From Halocafeteria seosinensis (lineage: Eukaryota): a stretch of 64,000 nt of DNA. The notes beneath the pieces were generated by a model, which was not told the origin of the DNA, searched no databases, and worked only from the letters and a program-made list of their open reading frames with translations. Made by a program: the position numbers and the translations under genes. Every line of letters starts with the position of its first letter. The stretch's first letter is position 1. Below, one piece after another: positions 52,265-64,000 of the stretch. The stretch spans positions 1-64,000 of the forward strand of contig LVLI01000350.1 of NCBI GenBank assembly GCA_001687465.1, in the 5' to 3' direction.

Positions 52265-54544
52265 ATGCCTATGTCAACGCACTCGGATCTCTTCAAGAGC
52301 GTTTCCTCAGCAGAGGAAAGCGCTCCTCCTGAGGCTGCAGAGATCGATGGGTACGTTATAGATGCATACTAGGCTCATTATTTTCCTCCTCTGTTTACCG
52401 TGGGGGTCTGTGTGTGCGCCTATGCTGCAGGAAAGCGTTCCCGCTGACCTTGGTTCCTACCCCTGGGAAACGCATCTCAGTGGGCGATCTTCGTCTTTGG
52501 CTGCAAAACCAGAAGCATAGAGACCATTTACTCGAGGATGTGCACGAGTACGGCGCTGTACTCTTCCGGGGATTCGACTTCCATGACGCTCATGATTTTT
52601 CGGACTTCCTCGAGGCGCTCAATTTGGAAGTCATGCACCCTCAAGAGAAACCAGCTCATCATCAGGAACCTGTTGTGGGAAATCGGGTTACAGCTTCCGA
52701 TGAACGCGTTGCTGGAGAGCCCATTTCCTTCCATCATGAGCTCTCGAATCTACCCCGCTCCCCCGTGTATGTGCTGCTGCACTGTGATACCCCCGCCACG
52801 GACGGAGGAGAAACGCCCCTGGTATGTGTTGGATTAGTAGCCAGTGTACTGGGATCAGTTTACTTGTTACCCTTTCTTCTTGTGTATGTGAACTCGTGCA
52901 GGTTAGGTCAGATAAAGTGTACAACTATTTTATCAAGTCTCATCCTGAGTTTTGCGCAAAAGCTGAAGGGTTAGGAGTGAAGTATGTCAGCATCCTTCAC
53001 GCCGACGATGGCCCCACAAACGAAGGGGGACTTGGGTGGAGATCTACTTTCAATGCTTTTACCAAGGAACAGGCTGAAGAGAGAATGAAGCAACTGGATA
53101 TTCACTTTGAATGGTTACCCAATGACGACCTGAAAACCATTACCCCTGCAGCTCCAGCAGTGCAACTGCATCGTGAAAGCGGAAAGAAAACGTTTTCTAG
53201 TTCTATTGTGGCGGCATTCAGTGGATGGATCACCTCTTCAAAGGACCCGAAAAAAGCAGTCCGTCTAGGAGACGATACGCCTGTTGATCAGATGGTGCTC
53301 GATGACCTTGTTCATTTCATGCGCCGAGTAAGTGTAATTTCGTCTGGTTACTGTCTTTGAACAAATGGAATTCAAGTTATTGCGCGGTGCAGGAATGCGT
53401 CGCACTCAAATGGCAAAAAGGAGATGTGTTGATAATTGACAACACAATAACGATGCACAGCAGAAACCGATACTCATCTCCGCGACGAGTTCTCAAAGCA
53501 TTGGCGCGCCACCCGTTACCGCAACCATTGCAAGTTTGTTCTCCAAGTGAAGGAAATGGAGGTAAATCTCCATGTGTCATGTTGAACAATGGGCGGAAAA
53601 TGCCGCTAGTAGGACTCGGTTTGTGGAAGCAACCTGGAGCGGAAATGGCGGACCTAGTTTACAACGCTATTAAGAATGGATATCGCCATTTTGATAGCGC
53701 TGCTGACTATGGAATAGAAGAAGACTTAGGCCGTGGTATAAAGCGCGCTCTTGAAGAGGGTCTTGTTAAACGTGAGGATCTATGGATCACGTCAAAGTTG
53801 TGGAACACGTTTCATGCCAAAGAACATGTGCGAGAAGCGTGCTTGAAGTCTCTGAGGGATGTTGGAATTGACTACTTCGACGCGTACTTAATCCATTTCC
53901 CAATCGCACTACGCTACGTGCCTATTGAAAAACGATACCCGCCGGGATGGTTCTACGACCCAGACTCTGAAAACCCGAAGATAGAAATCACTCATATTTC
54001 CATTAGTGAAACTTGGAAAGGAATGGAGCAGTTGTATTTCGAAGGGTTGACAAAGACGATTGGTGTATCCAATTTCAATGTGCAGTTGATCCGGGAATTA
54101 ATGTCGAACTGCGACGTCAAGCCTGCGCTGAATCAAGTCGAACTTCACCCATATCTTAGCCAAAACAATCTGGTCCGTTATTGCAGAGAACAGAGTATTA
54201 TGGTGACAGCGTATTCGCCGTTAGGCGCAGGGTCGTATACTAGCATGGGACAGGCTGATGCCTCGGAGTCAGTGTTATTGGACGAAAAGGTTAAGTCCAT
54301 CGCCTCCAAGTACTCAAAGAGTGCGGCCCAAGTGGTCTTGAAATGGGCTGTGCAGCGCGGGACCTCTGTGATCCCGAAGTCTTCCCGAACGGAACGGTTG
54401 AACGAGAATATTGATCTCTTTGACTTTGAACTGACAGATGACGAAATGGCTACGATGGCTTCTCTAAACAAAAACCGACGATTTCTTGATCCGGCAGCTT
54501 TCTTGGAACAGGTGTTCAACACGTATTGCCCCTTGTTTGACTAA
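52265..54544 (+). CDS. Fusion protein: TauD/clavaminate-synthase-like Fe(II)/2OG dioxygenase + aldo-keto reductase (4 exons)
   Basis: YGAVLFRGF, FHHE, GGETPL, WQKGDVLIIDNTITMHSR continue in frame into LNNGRKMPLVGLGLWK, GYRHFDSAADY, ITSKLW, YLIHFP, IGVSNF, NQVELHPY, VIPKS. Confidence 0.9.
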
Positions 54545-55225
54545 AGCATAGCCCAGCTGATGTGATGATGAAATAACATTGTAGATGCAACTTCGCGAGT
54601 ACTAGTATCTAGAAATTTGAATGCATTCTTCAATCCTTGTCTGTCGTAGGCGATTACCGACAACCTAGGTAACAGTTGGCAGTCATTTGACTTCCTAGAG
54701 CCCAACCGGAATAATCGACACTAATCTTGTTCCGGCTTTTTATGCGTCGTTTCCCCGGGGGAGTGCCCACCGATCGAGCATATCGACGGACAAACTAAGT
54801 TTTGTGCACGTACACTCTGCGTTCTTCACGTGGCGGCGATACTTTGAGTCTTACCAGTAGTTTATATTGAAAAGTTGTATCAGAAATGTGTGGTGAGAAT
54901 TCTGCTAGCGAAAAATATAAGATTTCGCAATTTGTCCGCTAGTCGTGTACGGTGATTGTCTGGGGTTCCACAGAGGCAGTTCATTCCAACCCTCGAGACA
55001 GACTAACAATTCCTTTCCTAGTTTGTGAAGATCGACTTGGAACAATACCGGTGCGGGTGCGGTATCCGGGTGACGACCGTGCCATGGGCCGGGACAGACC
55101 CCGCCCCCTCCACAGATTTTATGCACCATTGTTTACGTCCCATAGTTGATATAGATACATAACATTGATACTCACGGGACAATTTTTTATTCTATTTTCA
55201 ATTTTCCGGGTGGAGAGACGGCAGG

Positions 55226-56389
55226 ATGATGTCTAACAATACGTTCTACCACGGGTACGCCTCGGCCCCACCCCGATGCGTCGTGGATTTTTCACAGCTT
55301 CCAATGGACGCTCTAGTGCGCTACGCCACGCGTTTTGGGATCGCTTTGCCCCCAGACTCGACGCGCAAGGATCTGGTCGAAGCCGTCACGCGACACTATG
55401 ACGTCCGCCTGGACGTGGGAGATGAAGAGGAAGTGTTAGCGCGATTCGTGGATTCTGTACGGAAAGCTGGCTTACGAGATCATCCCAATCAGTTCGATTA
55501 TAACCATTACCCAGGCGAATCAACGCATCCGATGGTCGGGCGAGACTATGAGATGATGCAGCAGCAACACCAGCAACAGCAGCAGCAACAGCAATTTCAA
55601 GCGGCCCATCTCCGACCGGGAATGCAACCGGCGGCATTTATGGACCAACAGCAACAAATGTATAGTGACCCCATGATGATGCAAGGATACCCGGCCTTTG
55701 GAGTGCCCATGGATCAATACGGAGGTGCATTTTTCGGACCGCCAAGAGGGGATTTCGATGATGGGCAAGACAGTTATAATGGTGGCCGCCGCAGCAATGG
55801 GGGAGGCCGCCAAAGACAACGACGACCGAAGCAGAACAAAACTGGTGGAGTTCAGTCTCCTAACTCCAGGGTACGTTGTGTCAACGATGTAATGCTTAAG
55901 ACATTGATATGCGAATGTGACATTTTATTCTCTTTTTGACCGGAGTTGCAGGACGATGATATGCAACCATACGTTGTCCCCGAGGATGAAAAATTTATAG
56001 CATGCGATCATTCTCATTGTGAGAAAGAATGGTAAGCTTTCTATATTGAATCACTTACGTTTCAATATTGGATCAAAATGATTCTCGGTTATATGTTGCG
56101 TATTGCAGGTATCCGCTTTCTGAGGTTGGCCTAACCAGCGATACAATTCCTGAAGGGGAATGGTATTGTCCCCAGTGTCGGGCTCATCCTGATGATTATT
56201 CAACTCCCGCAGAAGTTCCAAGGAGTAAGTTACAGGGATTTTGATGCTTTTCAATGAAATGCCAGTCGTAGGACTCTTGGTTTGGTCTATTTCACTTCGT
56301 TAGACACAGACCGGTTCGGACGACAAAACCGTAACGGGGGTGCCTCTGCTGCCATGGCAGCTGCCAACAGCCGCAAGCGACGACGATAA
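55226..56389 (+). CDS. SAP30 Sin3-binding-domain protein with polyQ linker and degenerate ING-type PHD finger (4 exons)
   Basis: VDFSQLPMDALVRYATRFGI..DLVEAVTRHY..EEEVLARFV; spliced C-terminus FIACDHSHCEKEWYPLSEVGL..PEGEWYCPQC; basic RKRRR end. Confidence 0.75.
55557..55594 (+). repeat. Coding CAG/CAA trinucleotide tract (polyQ)
   Basis: cagcagcaacaccagcaacagcagcagcaacagcaa encodes QQQHQQQQQQQQ. Confidence 0.85.
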
Positions 56390-58160
56390 ACTGGCTGGAG
56401 GATCAACGGGAAGACAATTTCTGAGATTGTTGCGCTAAGGCGAATGTATTGGCTGCTTTTTGGCAACATATTAGTATATCCATACCGATCCATTTGTAAC
56501 AGAATACACAGGGTACTTTTTCGACCACGTTGCATAGGTAATGATGGAGTAGTGGATTGCTAAAGATGTACATTGTTCTGGAGCAGACATGATGGAAACT
56601 CGCAACAAGCCAGACACCTGTGACGTACAAAGGAACACGAAAAACGTAATTTCAGAAGCTTGCGTTATGGGCAACGACCAAAACGGAGGTGTAGTCTAAG
56701 CGTAGTACCATAGCTGGAGAGCAGAACCTCCAGTATGGGTCGCAAATGGCTAGACCATCTCTTTTCCAAAGTAAAAAAAGAGGGTATACTCGCTTTGGCG
56801 CACTTATAAAGTGAGGAATAGTATGGCAATTTTACTAACCACACATGCCGAGGTGCGCGTACCCACAAAAAACTAAGCAGGACTCAGTCTCATTATATCA
56901 GTTTTACAACCCCCATAAAACACATTGTGCTTTTGTCGGGGTAGAAAGTAATCGTCCTTGCCCTAATTTCCCTCTCGAGCTATATGAATTGGTGATGGGA
57001 CTGGAAACTTACCTTTTCATGCGCTCGGAAAAATCCAATCTTGCTAGGTAAGGAGCAATGGCAGTCTGCAATAAATTCGACAAACTAAGAGGTTTTGCAC
57101 CAGTTTCTTGTCACTTTTTTGAACAATCGACTTATTCATGATAAGGAACACAAGTCGATGAAAAGGAAAGCCAATTTTTTTGGGCACCGAAACGATTTGT
57201 AAAACTGATGTCTTGAAGCTCTTCCTCACAAACAATCCAGGAAGAGCCAGAGCATCCGTCGGAGCCGGAGACCTGAGGAAAAAAAACACACGGCACCCAC
57301 CCTTTCCTTCTTTCTCTTGTGCGGTCTGTACCCAACAAACGGTGGCTCTTTTGACTCAGACAGCCGCGTTTGTATTGGAACGCCGCGAGGTTTATTCCAT
57401 GGCTACAACTGGCTACTGGTGGGTTCACCGGCTTTTGTATACCGGACCAGTACTACAGAAGTAGCGGAATCTCTTTTCGTGTCAATCATCGTCAAAGAAC
57501 CTTATCGAACACATAAAAAGGCGTCTATATCGCCACTTACGTTGTATAATGCCACTAAAATAGCCAGGTGACTGACACTCAGTCTGGTGGACAAAAGCGC
57601 CCCTTTCACTGCCTGTAAAGCATTCATACATTGAATATAAGTGAATAATAGCTCGAGAAATGTGTCTGGATCTCAGCTCCGTCTCCACATGGGCAAGGCG
57701 CTAGCCTTATGTGGAGCAGATTCCTATATTTTCCTAGACGAAGTATGCTATCCCGCGGCAATGTTGGCAGTGGTTTGTATACAGCCATGGGGTTAAAAAG
57801 ACTGTCCACCGTGGCAGAAAAGCGCGGTATTCTGGTGCAATACAAATGGTGCAATCACTTACGTTTGAGCATAGAACAAGGGCGTGACAAACATAGCGAA
57901 TGAATGGAACCAGATAAACTCCTCTTTCAGTCCCCTTTGGGAAATCACAAAAATGGTCAGGGTGTCCTCCATAAGGGATTCCAGAGGGGGAGCTGAGACA
58001 ATGGATGCAACCAGGCAAAGATGACGAAAAGATTGTCCGGTCACAATCAGCACCGAAGCCATATTGTTCCATATCGCGTTATACCGAGTGTTTCGGCAAC
58101 TTCCCGTCGTCTTTTTCCCTCTTTGATTGCGCGTCTTCGCGAGTAGTACCCGTAGACAAG

Positions 58161-59867
58161 ATGCAGGTGCTCCAACATATGCCGAAATCGGCTGCATATG
58201 CAGCCGGAAAGGGCACGACGCAGGGACTCTTCCGTGGAAGAGCTCATTTATCAAGGCATATTCGAGCTGTGAGCACAGGGACCGTCTCACAGAACGCTCA
58301 AAACGTACGTGCATTTTTTTTTACCCGTGCCCACTGGCGGGCTCCTCTTGCGTGGTTAAGCTAGCAATGGCCCCGTTCTGACGCATTGAACTGCAGTACA
58401 TTGATCTGGAGAGGCAATACGGTGCTTATAATTATGCTCCTCTTCCCGTGGTCCTCAGTAGAGGTCAAGGTAAGCAGTTGTGTGAACACATCGCTATGGT
58501 TGAGCTTGTGCATGTCATGAGGGTAGGATATAATGCGTGACTCTGGGTGTTTTCAGGCGTCCATGTATGGGATGTGGATGGAAAACAGTATTACGACTAC
58601 CTGAGTGCATATTCGGCTGTCAATCAGGTATGAATGTTTGCCTTAATTGCGCCGATCGAATTAGACTCTATGATTCATTGCTCATCCGTCACAGGGACAC
58701 TGCCATCCCAGACTCGTCGAGAAGCTACACGAGCAAGCACAGAAACTGACTTTAACCTCCCGAGCGTTTTACAATGATTGCCTCGGTCCATATGAAGAAT
58801 ACATAACCAAAATGTTTGGATTTGATAGAGTGCTTCCCATGAATAGTGGAGTAGAAGCGTGCGAAACAGCACTGAAACTTGCAAGGAGATGGGCTTACGA
58901 CAGGAAGCGCGTACCAGAAAATAAAGCTCGAACGATTTTTGCTACAGGAAACTTCTGGGGAAGAAGTATTGCAGCTGTGAGTGCAAGTACCGATCCGGAC
59001 AGCTTTACAGGTTTTGGCCCCCTCCTACCAGGAATGGACTTGGTACCGTACAATGATCTGAATAGCTTGGAAGACGCTTTCAAAAAGGATCCGCACATTG
59101 CGGCGTTTATGGTTGAGCCGATACAAGGTGAAGCTGGAGTGGTAGTGCCTGATGATGGCTACCTCGAAGGCGTCAGAAAGTTGTGCGACAAATATAATGT
59201 GCTGTTTATCGCCGATGAAGTTCAAACAGGGTTAGCTCGCACTGGCAAGCGTTTGGCTTGCGACTGGGAAGAGGTTCAGCCAGACCTTTTGGTGCTTGGA
59301 AAGGCCCTTAGTGGGGGAGTTTTCCCAGTTTCAGCAGTTTTAGCAAACGATGCCGTGATGCTCAATATAAAACCAGGACAGCATGGAAGCACTTATGGTG
59401 GCAATCCTCTGGCTTGCGCAGTTGCAACTGAGGCATTGCAGATCATTGAGGACGAGAACTTGTGCGAGCGAAGCGACCAATTGGGACAAGTATTGAGGAA
59501 GTCCCTTAGCGAACTTGTTACCGGAGACAATGTACAAAAAGATGAAGCTGGCTTCAGGTATACAGGTGGTAGTGGTATTGTTACGGATGTTCGGGGCAAA
59601 GGGCTCTTGAACGCTGTAGTAATACAACCGCAATATCGGAAAGAGGGGGCAACCATTGGTGATCCGTCGTCTGACAAAATCACCGCTTGGGATGTGTGCA
59701 TAGAGCTAAAGGAAGAAGGATTGTTAGCTAAACCTACTCAGGGGAACATTATACGCTTTGCTCCCCCACTTGTTATCAACGAAGAACAGCTAGAGGACAG
59801 CGCAGCAATAGTAAAGAGAGCTATTCGTAAAGTAGAAGAGCAAGGAAGTGGCCCAGCCGAGCTGTAA
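58161..59867 (+). CDS. OAT: Ornithine aminotransferase, mitochondrial (4 exons)
   Basis: Spliced [81 protein letters not shown]. Confidence 0.97.
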
Positions 59868-59934
59868 AGTGTATGTCTGTTACTTGAGGTATCCATTCCC
59901 TTATGTGTATTGTATCACATGTATTTGTGTTCCA

Positions 59935-60614
59935 TTACACTTTGTCGTCATGAAAGTCCCATCTGTGTAACAAGTCACAGTGATTGCCAGTGAAGAATAT
60001 ACACCAAAATAACCTCGCTATTGACAGCGTCGTACCTAGTCTTCCGTGGATCAGCTGGGGCACTCCTCATATACAGCGAATGATCAGACGGCAGCTCTTT
60101 CTTCTTAGCCGAAGATAGCATGCTTACAATGGAGAGTAGCTGCATCGCCATATGACATGCATGACTACGTGGAGAAGTTCCAGGAGATCTAGTAAGACAA
60201 ATCTGAGACAACGTACCACTGAGGCTACTTTCAATGCTGGTGACCAGTCATCATACAAAATACTGAGACATATATGACCATTCTGGTATACATGTGGGTG
60301 TACCGGTGGTTTCCCCAGAAATACAACCAGCGGTGGTTCCATGGGATATGTGCTTGGAAATCTGCATTCACAACATGGGTTAACAAAAAAACTTTGGTAT
60401 CAATGTCATACTTGGTATCCCTCCATACATACTCTACTTTTAACCGGAACTCTTCGCCTTCATATACGGTTCCCGGGGCTCCTCTAATCGAGCAATACCA
60501 GAAAAATGCGTTGGATTCGGCCGGCTGTATCTGTATACCATCTATGGGGTTATTCTGTATATCACGCAATTCACGCATGATTCGTCCACTCGCCATTCCT
60601 CCTGCTCGGCTCAT
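59935..60614 (-). CDS. UBE2W: Ubiquitin-conjugating enzyme E2 W, copy A (4 exons)
   Basis: GAPGTVYEGE, PVHPHVYQNGHICLSILYDDWSPAL, LLSIVSMLSS, spliced end KTRWDFHDDKV*. Confidence 0.92.
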
Positions 60615-61112
60615 TGTCCGTTTCTTCCCCGTTCCTCCTGTTCAATGAAGCTCTTCTTCGGTGGCTGAATATTGGCAGGGACCCAGAGTCGACCTGCTGT
60701 CCCTGTATAAGCCCCAACAAGAAAAAATAAACCTGGGATGCAGCACCAACCTCTCCAGCTTCAACTAAAAACGAAGTCTTTTGGCATACTCAACAGGAAC
60801 CACGGAAACGTTGAGTTTACGCCACAGGGGACAAGAATCAATTTCTCACCTACATTACCTATGTCTGAACCATGTGTCCAAAAGGGGTACTGCTGCCTTA
60901 GGAATAAATAAAGACAGTCGTGTTCGCAGGTTGAAGTTGGGATCTGTGAAGCTCAGAAGCTACCTTAGCGCTGGCTACCTTCGACACTGTTGCGAAGTGC
61001 CCCAGGGTAGGGAAGCGTGAGGTTGCACGATGCATACCACAGCTCAGTGTGTATTTCTAGCTCATCGCAGCTACAAATCATGACGATGAAATGATTTGAG
61101 AGACCGCTGTGG

Positions 61113-62626
61113 TTATTTTTTCATAAGACCGTCCAAAGCATCACCGGCGCCAAGTTTGCCGACATTCGACTGTTGCGGCTTCCAGTTCCTTAAATTTGCC
61201 GCAACTGTGGAGATATCCGGTCGCTTTTTATGATCTTGTTGCCAGCAGTCCTTCATCAACTGTAATATCATATCTGGACATTTGATTATCCTAGTGTCAG
61301 GTCGTTCACCCTTTGATACGTTGTCTCTGATATCCGCAGGTCGCCAGCCACTAAACGGAATACGACACGACCACATCTCCCAGAGTAGTATACCAAAGCT
61401 GTAAACGTCAACGGCTTTTGAAAACGGACGATCTGTTAATAGCTCTGGTGCCATGTAGTTTGGAGTACCGGCAGTCGTATTGCGAGTGGCAACCAGTCCA
61501 AAGTCACATAATTTTAACTGCAGTGGTTAGACATGCAATGGATCACGTCATAACTGGTAGATTTAGACGACGATATACTCACTCTTAGGTCGTTTGTAAC
61601 CAATAAATTGTGGCTCTTTATGTCCCGGTGAATTAGCGGAGGGGACAAACCATGTAAATACTCAATGGCGCTCGCAACGTCGGTCTGCGCGAAAAATGCT
61701 CTTAAAACTATACTCGCTTCAGGGAATAGGATATTGACTTACTGCCATTTGAACAAGTGTTCTATCGTCCAATGTAAGTTTTTTCTGTTCGCCAGAAGGC
61801 TCATGCAAGAGGGAAAACAAGGATCCGTACTTGCAGAGCTCCATAAGGAAAAACATGTGTGGAGGTGTGGTGGAGGCTCCTTTAAACTCTACAATGGCCG
61901 GATGGGAAAGTTGCCTGCCAACAATAAGTTAGAAAGAAAAGCCAAAAGTTAAAAGTAAAAGATCATCCCCGGTTCGAGGAGATAAGGCCTACCTCATTAC
62001 ATGAAGCTCGTCCATGAACTCTTGTTTAAGTTTTTCATCGACCTTGGGGTCGAACTGCGGTCATTCACGGTGAAGTCCAAAACAGCATGAACCTGCTCCC
62101 AAGTATTACGTACCAATGACTTGATAGCAACAGATTTCCCCTTCCATGTGCCTTTGTACACTAGCGCAAACCCACCTCCTCCGATTCGTGGACCAAACTT
62201 CACTTCGTCGGGACTCACGTCGTTCCATAAGGCTCGCTCCTCGACCTTCTTATTCCCGTCTCCCATTAGCGTTTCAAACGAAACTGGAAGAGCATCAGTT
62301 TCTTTCTGCGTCCTTGTGTTCTGCCTTTCCTGGGAATTGGAGTGCCTCTCGTTCCGATCCGAGTCATCACGTAAATGAGCCTGTTCCAAAGACTTGGCCA
62401 CTGCTGTTGCGCTGGCTGCTTCCCCTACTCCCGAAGTGTTAGCAGTGCGGACAGACGCTCCATGAGCTTCTCCACCTCTCTGGTCACTATTGGCACCTTC
62501 TGGGCTCTTTTGTTCGGACGCCTTTGGACTGCTGGAAACTTGTTCATCCTCGTCATGCTCGAAATCATCCTCATAATCCTCCTCTTCTTCATCCGAGTGT
62601 TCCAATTTTCGCTCTTCAGAAGACAT
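61113..62626 (-). CDS. Tyrosine-kinase-like (Raf/MLK-type) protein kinase (multi-exon)
   Basis: IGGGGFALVYKG..VAIK, spliced LIHRDIKSHNLL, KLCDFGL, GTPNYMAPE, VDVYSFGILLWE; acidic N-terminus. Confidence 0.93.
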
Positions 62627-63091
62627 TTTATTCCAACCCAACGCAGTCAGACAACGACCTCCTCTTATCTACTGTATGTAGCATATTTACAATCCTATTT
62701 ATGTCAACAATTTATGAGAATGAGCTGTTATAGACCATTTAGGGCGCCAAGTTCACAAAGCTTTGTGAAGTCGCGCGCGTAATTCAGCAGGCATTCGTTT
62801 GCGATGATATTATGCGTACAGGTATGGTCATAAAGCGTGAACAAAGTAGTTTCATGTTCATTACTTTACTTAGCGGGGGTGCATCGTGTTTTCGCTGTGC
62901 AAACACAAAAAAGTTGTATTATGAGCTTGATCATAACCCCAGTTGCAAGTGTCACAGCTACGGTTTGTGAGATAACCTTGTCCTGCTGGATTTATGGGCA
63001 AAGCAAAGGCCATTAAAACTTTTGAGGGATAGTGGTTAAATACGGATCAGTCGTTCCGTGGAGGAAATGGATTCGACGCAGTGGCTGCAGT

Positions 63092-63854
63092 TCACACGTT
63101 GTCATCATCGAAAAGCCATCTGGTTCTGCGGGGATCCCGCGGACCTCTTCTTATATAGGAATCATGTCCTTCAGGGAGTTCTTTCTTGCTCACTGACGAC
63201 ATCATGCTTAATATAGAAAGAAGCTGCAAGGCAATGGACAACGAAGTGCATACGCCAGGTTGATTTCGTTGGCCACAATGGTAGTCTGTTCTTACGAGAG
63301 ACGAGACCCGGAGAGCGGGTGACCACTCGTCGTACAGAATACTCAAGCAGATCTGTAGTGGAAGGTGAAAATTGGGTGAAAGCACCAGGTTATGCACCAG
63401 ATGGCCACACGTACATGCCCGTTTTGATATATGTGCGGATGGACTGGGGGTTTGCCTTCGAATACCACGAGCTGCAAATAAGATGATTTTGTTGCGGTAA
63501 GGTAATCGATATTATTCCACATCTCAGTCTAAAATACTTACAGGTGGATTCATTGGATAGCCTTCCTCGAACCTGTCACCGTGACCAGAACGTAGGCCAC
63601 ATTAGTGTAATTTCGTCATCGCTGAAGTACGAACGGGTTGCAGGCACTTACTCAACACGAAGTTCAAATTCTTCCCCCTCATATATAGAATGTGGCGCCC
63701 CTTTCATCGTACATTTCCAGACCATTGGTACTTCCGAATTTGAAGGAGCCTTGGGATGAGGAGCGATCACGTTGATCCCTTCAATAGGCTCCTTCTGGAA
63801 ATCTCTAAGCTCCTTCGAAATGCGTTTGGCTGACGCTGACGCTGCTGCATTCAT
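63092..63854 (-). CDS. UBE2W: Ubiquitin-conjugating enzyme E2 W, copy B (5 exons)
   Basis: AKRISKELRDF, GAPHSIYEGE, spliced PVHPHIYQNGHICLSILYDEWSPAL, LLSILSMMSS, RTRWLFDDDNV*. Confidence 0.92.
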
Positions 63855-64000
63855 TTTAATGCTTCTTCCAGACTGAGGCACTGTATGTAACTGTTCTGTT
63901 GGCAATCTTGAATATCCCAAGAATTTTTTCTCGCACACCCAAGCTTCAGCCGTATCAAGTGTAGAGTGCCTGTCGGTACACACTCCTCAAAACGCGATGG

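Noticed and set aside
52265..59867. A metabolic gene cluster of TauD-AKR plus OAT
   Set aside because: They are separated by an unrelated chromatin gene, and OAT is a standard housekeeping enzyme; no evidence of linkage.
1..64000. Fragmented ORFs as pseudogenes or a recoded genetic code
   Set aside because: Breaks coincide with GT-AG introns whose removal restores conserved motifs; long exons read through in the standard code.
1..64000. CRISPR arrays, tRNA/rRNA/snRNA genes, transposases, introner-like repeated introns
   Set aside because: No repeat-spacer periodicity, no convincing T-loop or cloverleaf, no snRNA signatures outside coding DNA, no transposase or RT motifs, and introns do not look mutually similar by eye.

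Overview
This is eukaryotic DNA: a gene-dense stretch of a compact protist genome with many short (mostly ~55-100 nt) GT-AG introns and the standard genetic code. The raw ORF track therefore shows exon fragments, and I spliced genes by eye. CFAP69 implies a flagellated organism; a SAR/stramenopile origin is my inference only. About 28 protein-coding genes are supportable. Recognisable ones are COQ10, ALG6, CFAP69, PIG-F, RPL6, MCU, a kelch protein, a DIX protein, SGT1, a RADX-like OB-fold protein, SRP72, a GT7 glycosyltransferase, thiamine pyrophosphokinase, Tousled-like kinase, a divergent HSF, SNAPC1, a kinesin, OAT, two UBE2W paralogs and a TKL kinase. I found no rRNA, tRNA, CRISPR array or recognisable mobile element. 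The best candidates for novelty are: a spliced in-frame fusion of an Fe/2OG TauD/CAS-like dioxygenase to a xylose-reductase-type aldo-keto reductase; a RADX-like protein outside animals; a SAP30-domain protein with a PHD finger keeping only one zinc site; a long, highly structured RPL6 intron; and an anchor-less GT7 with a large unknown N-terminal domain. All family calls come from remembered motifs, not database searches, and exon boundaries are manual estimates.
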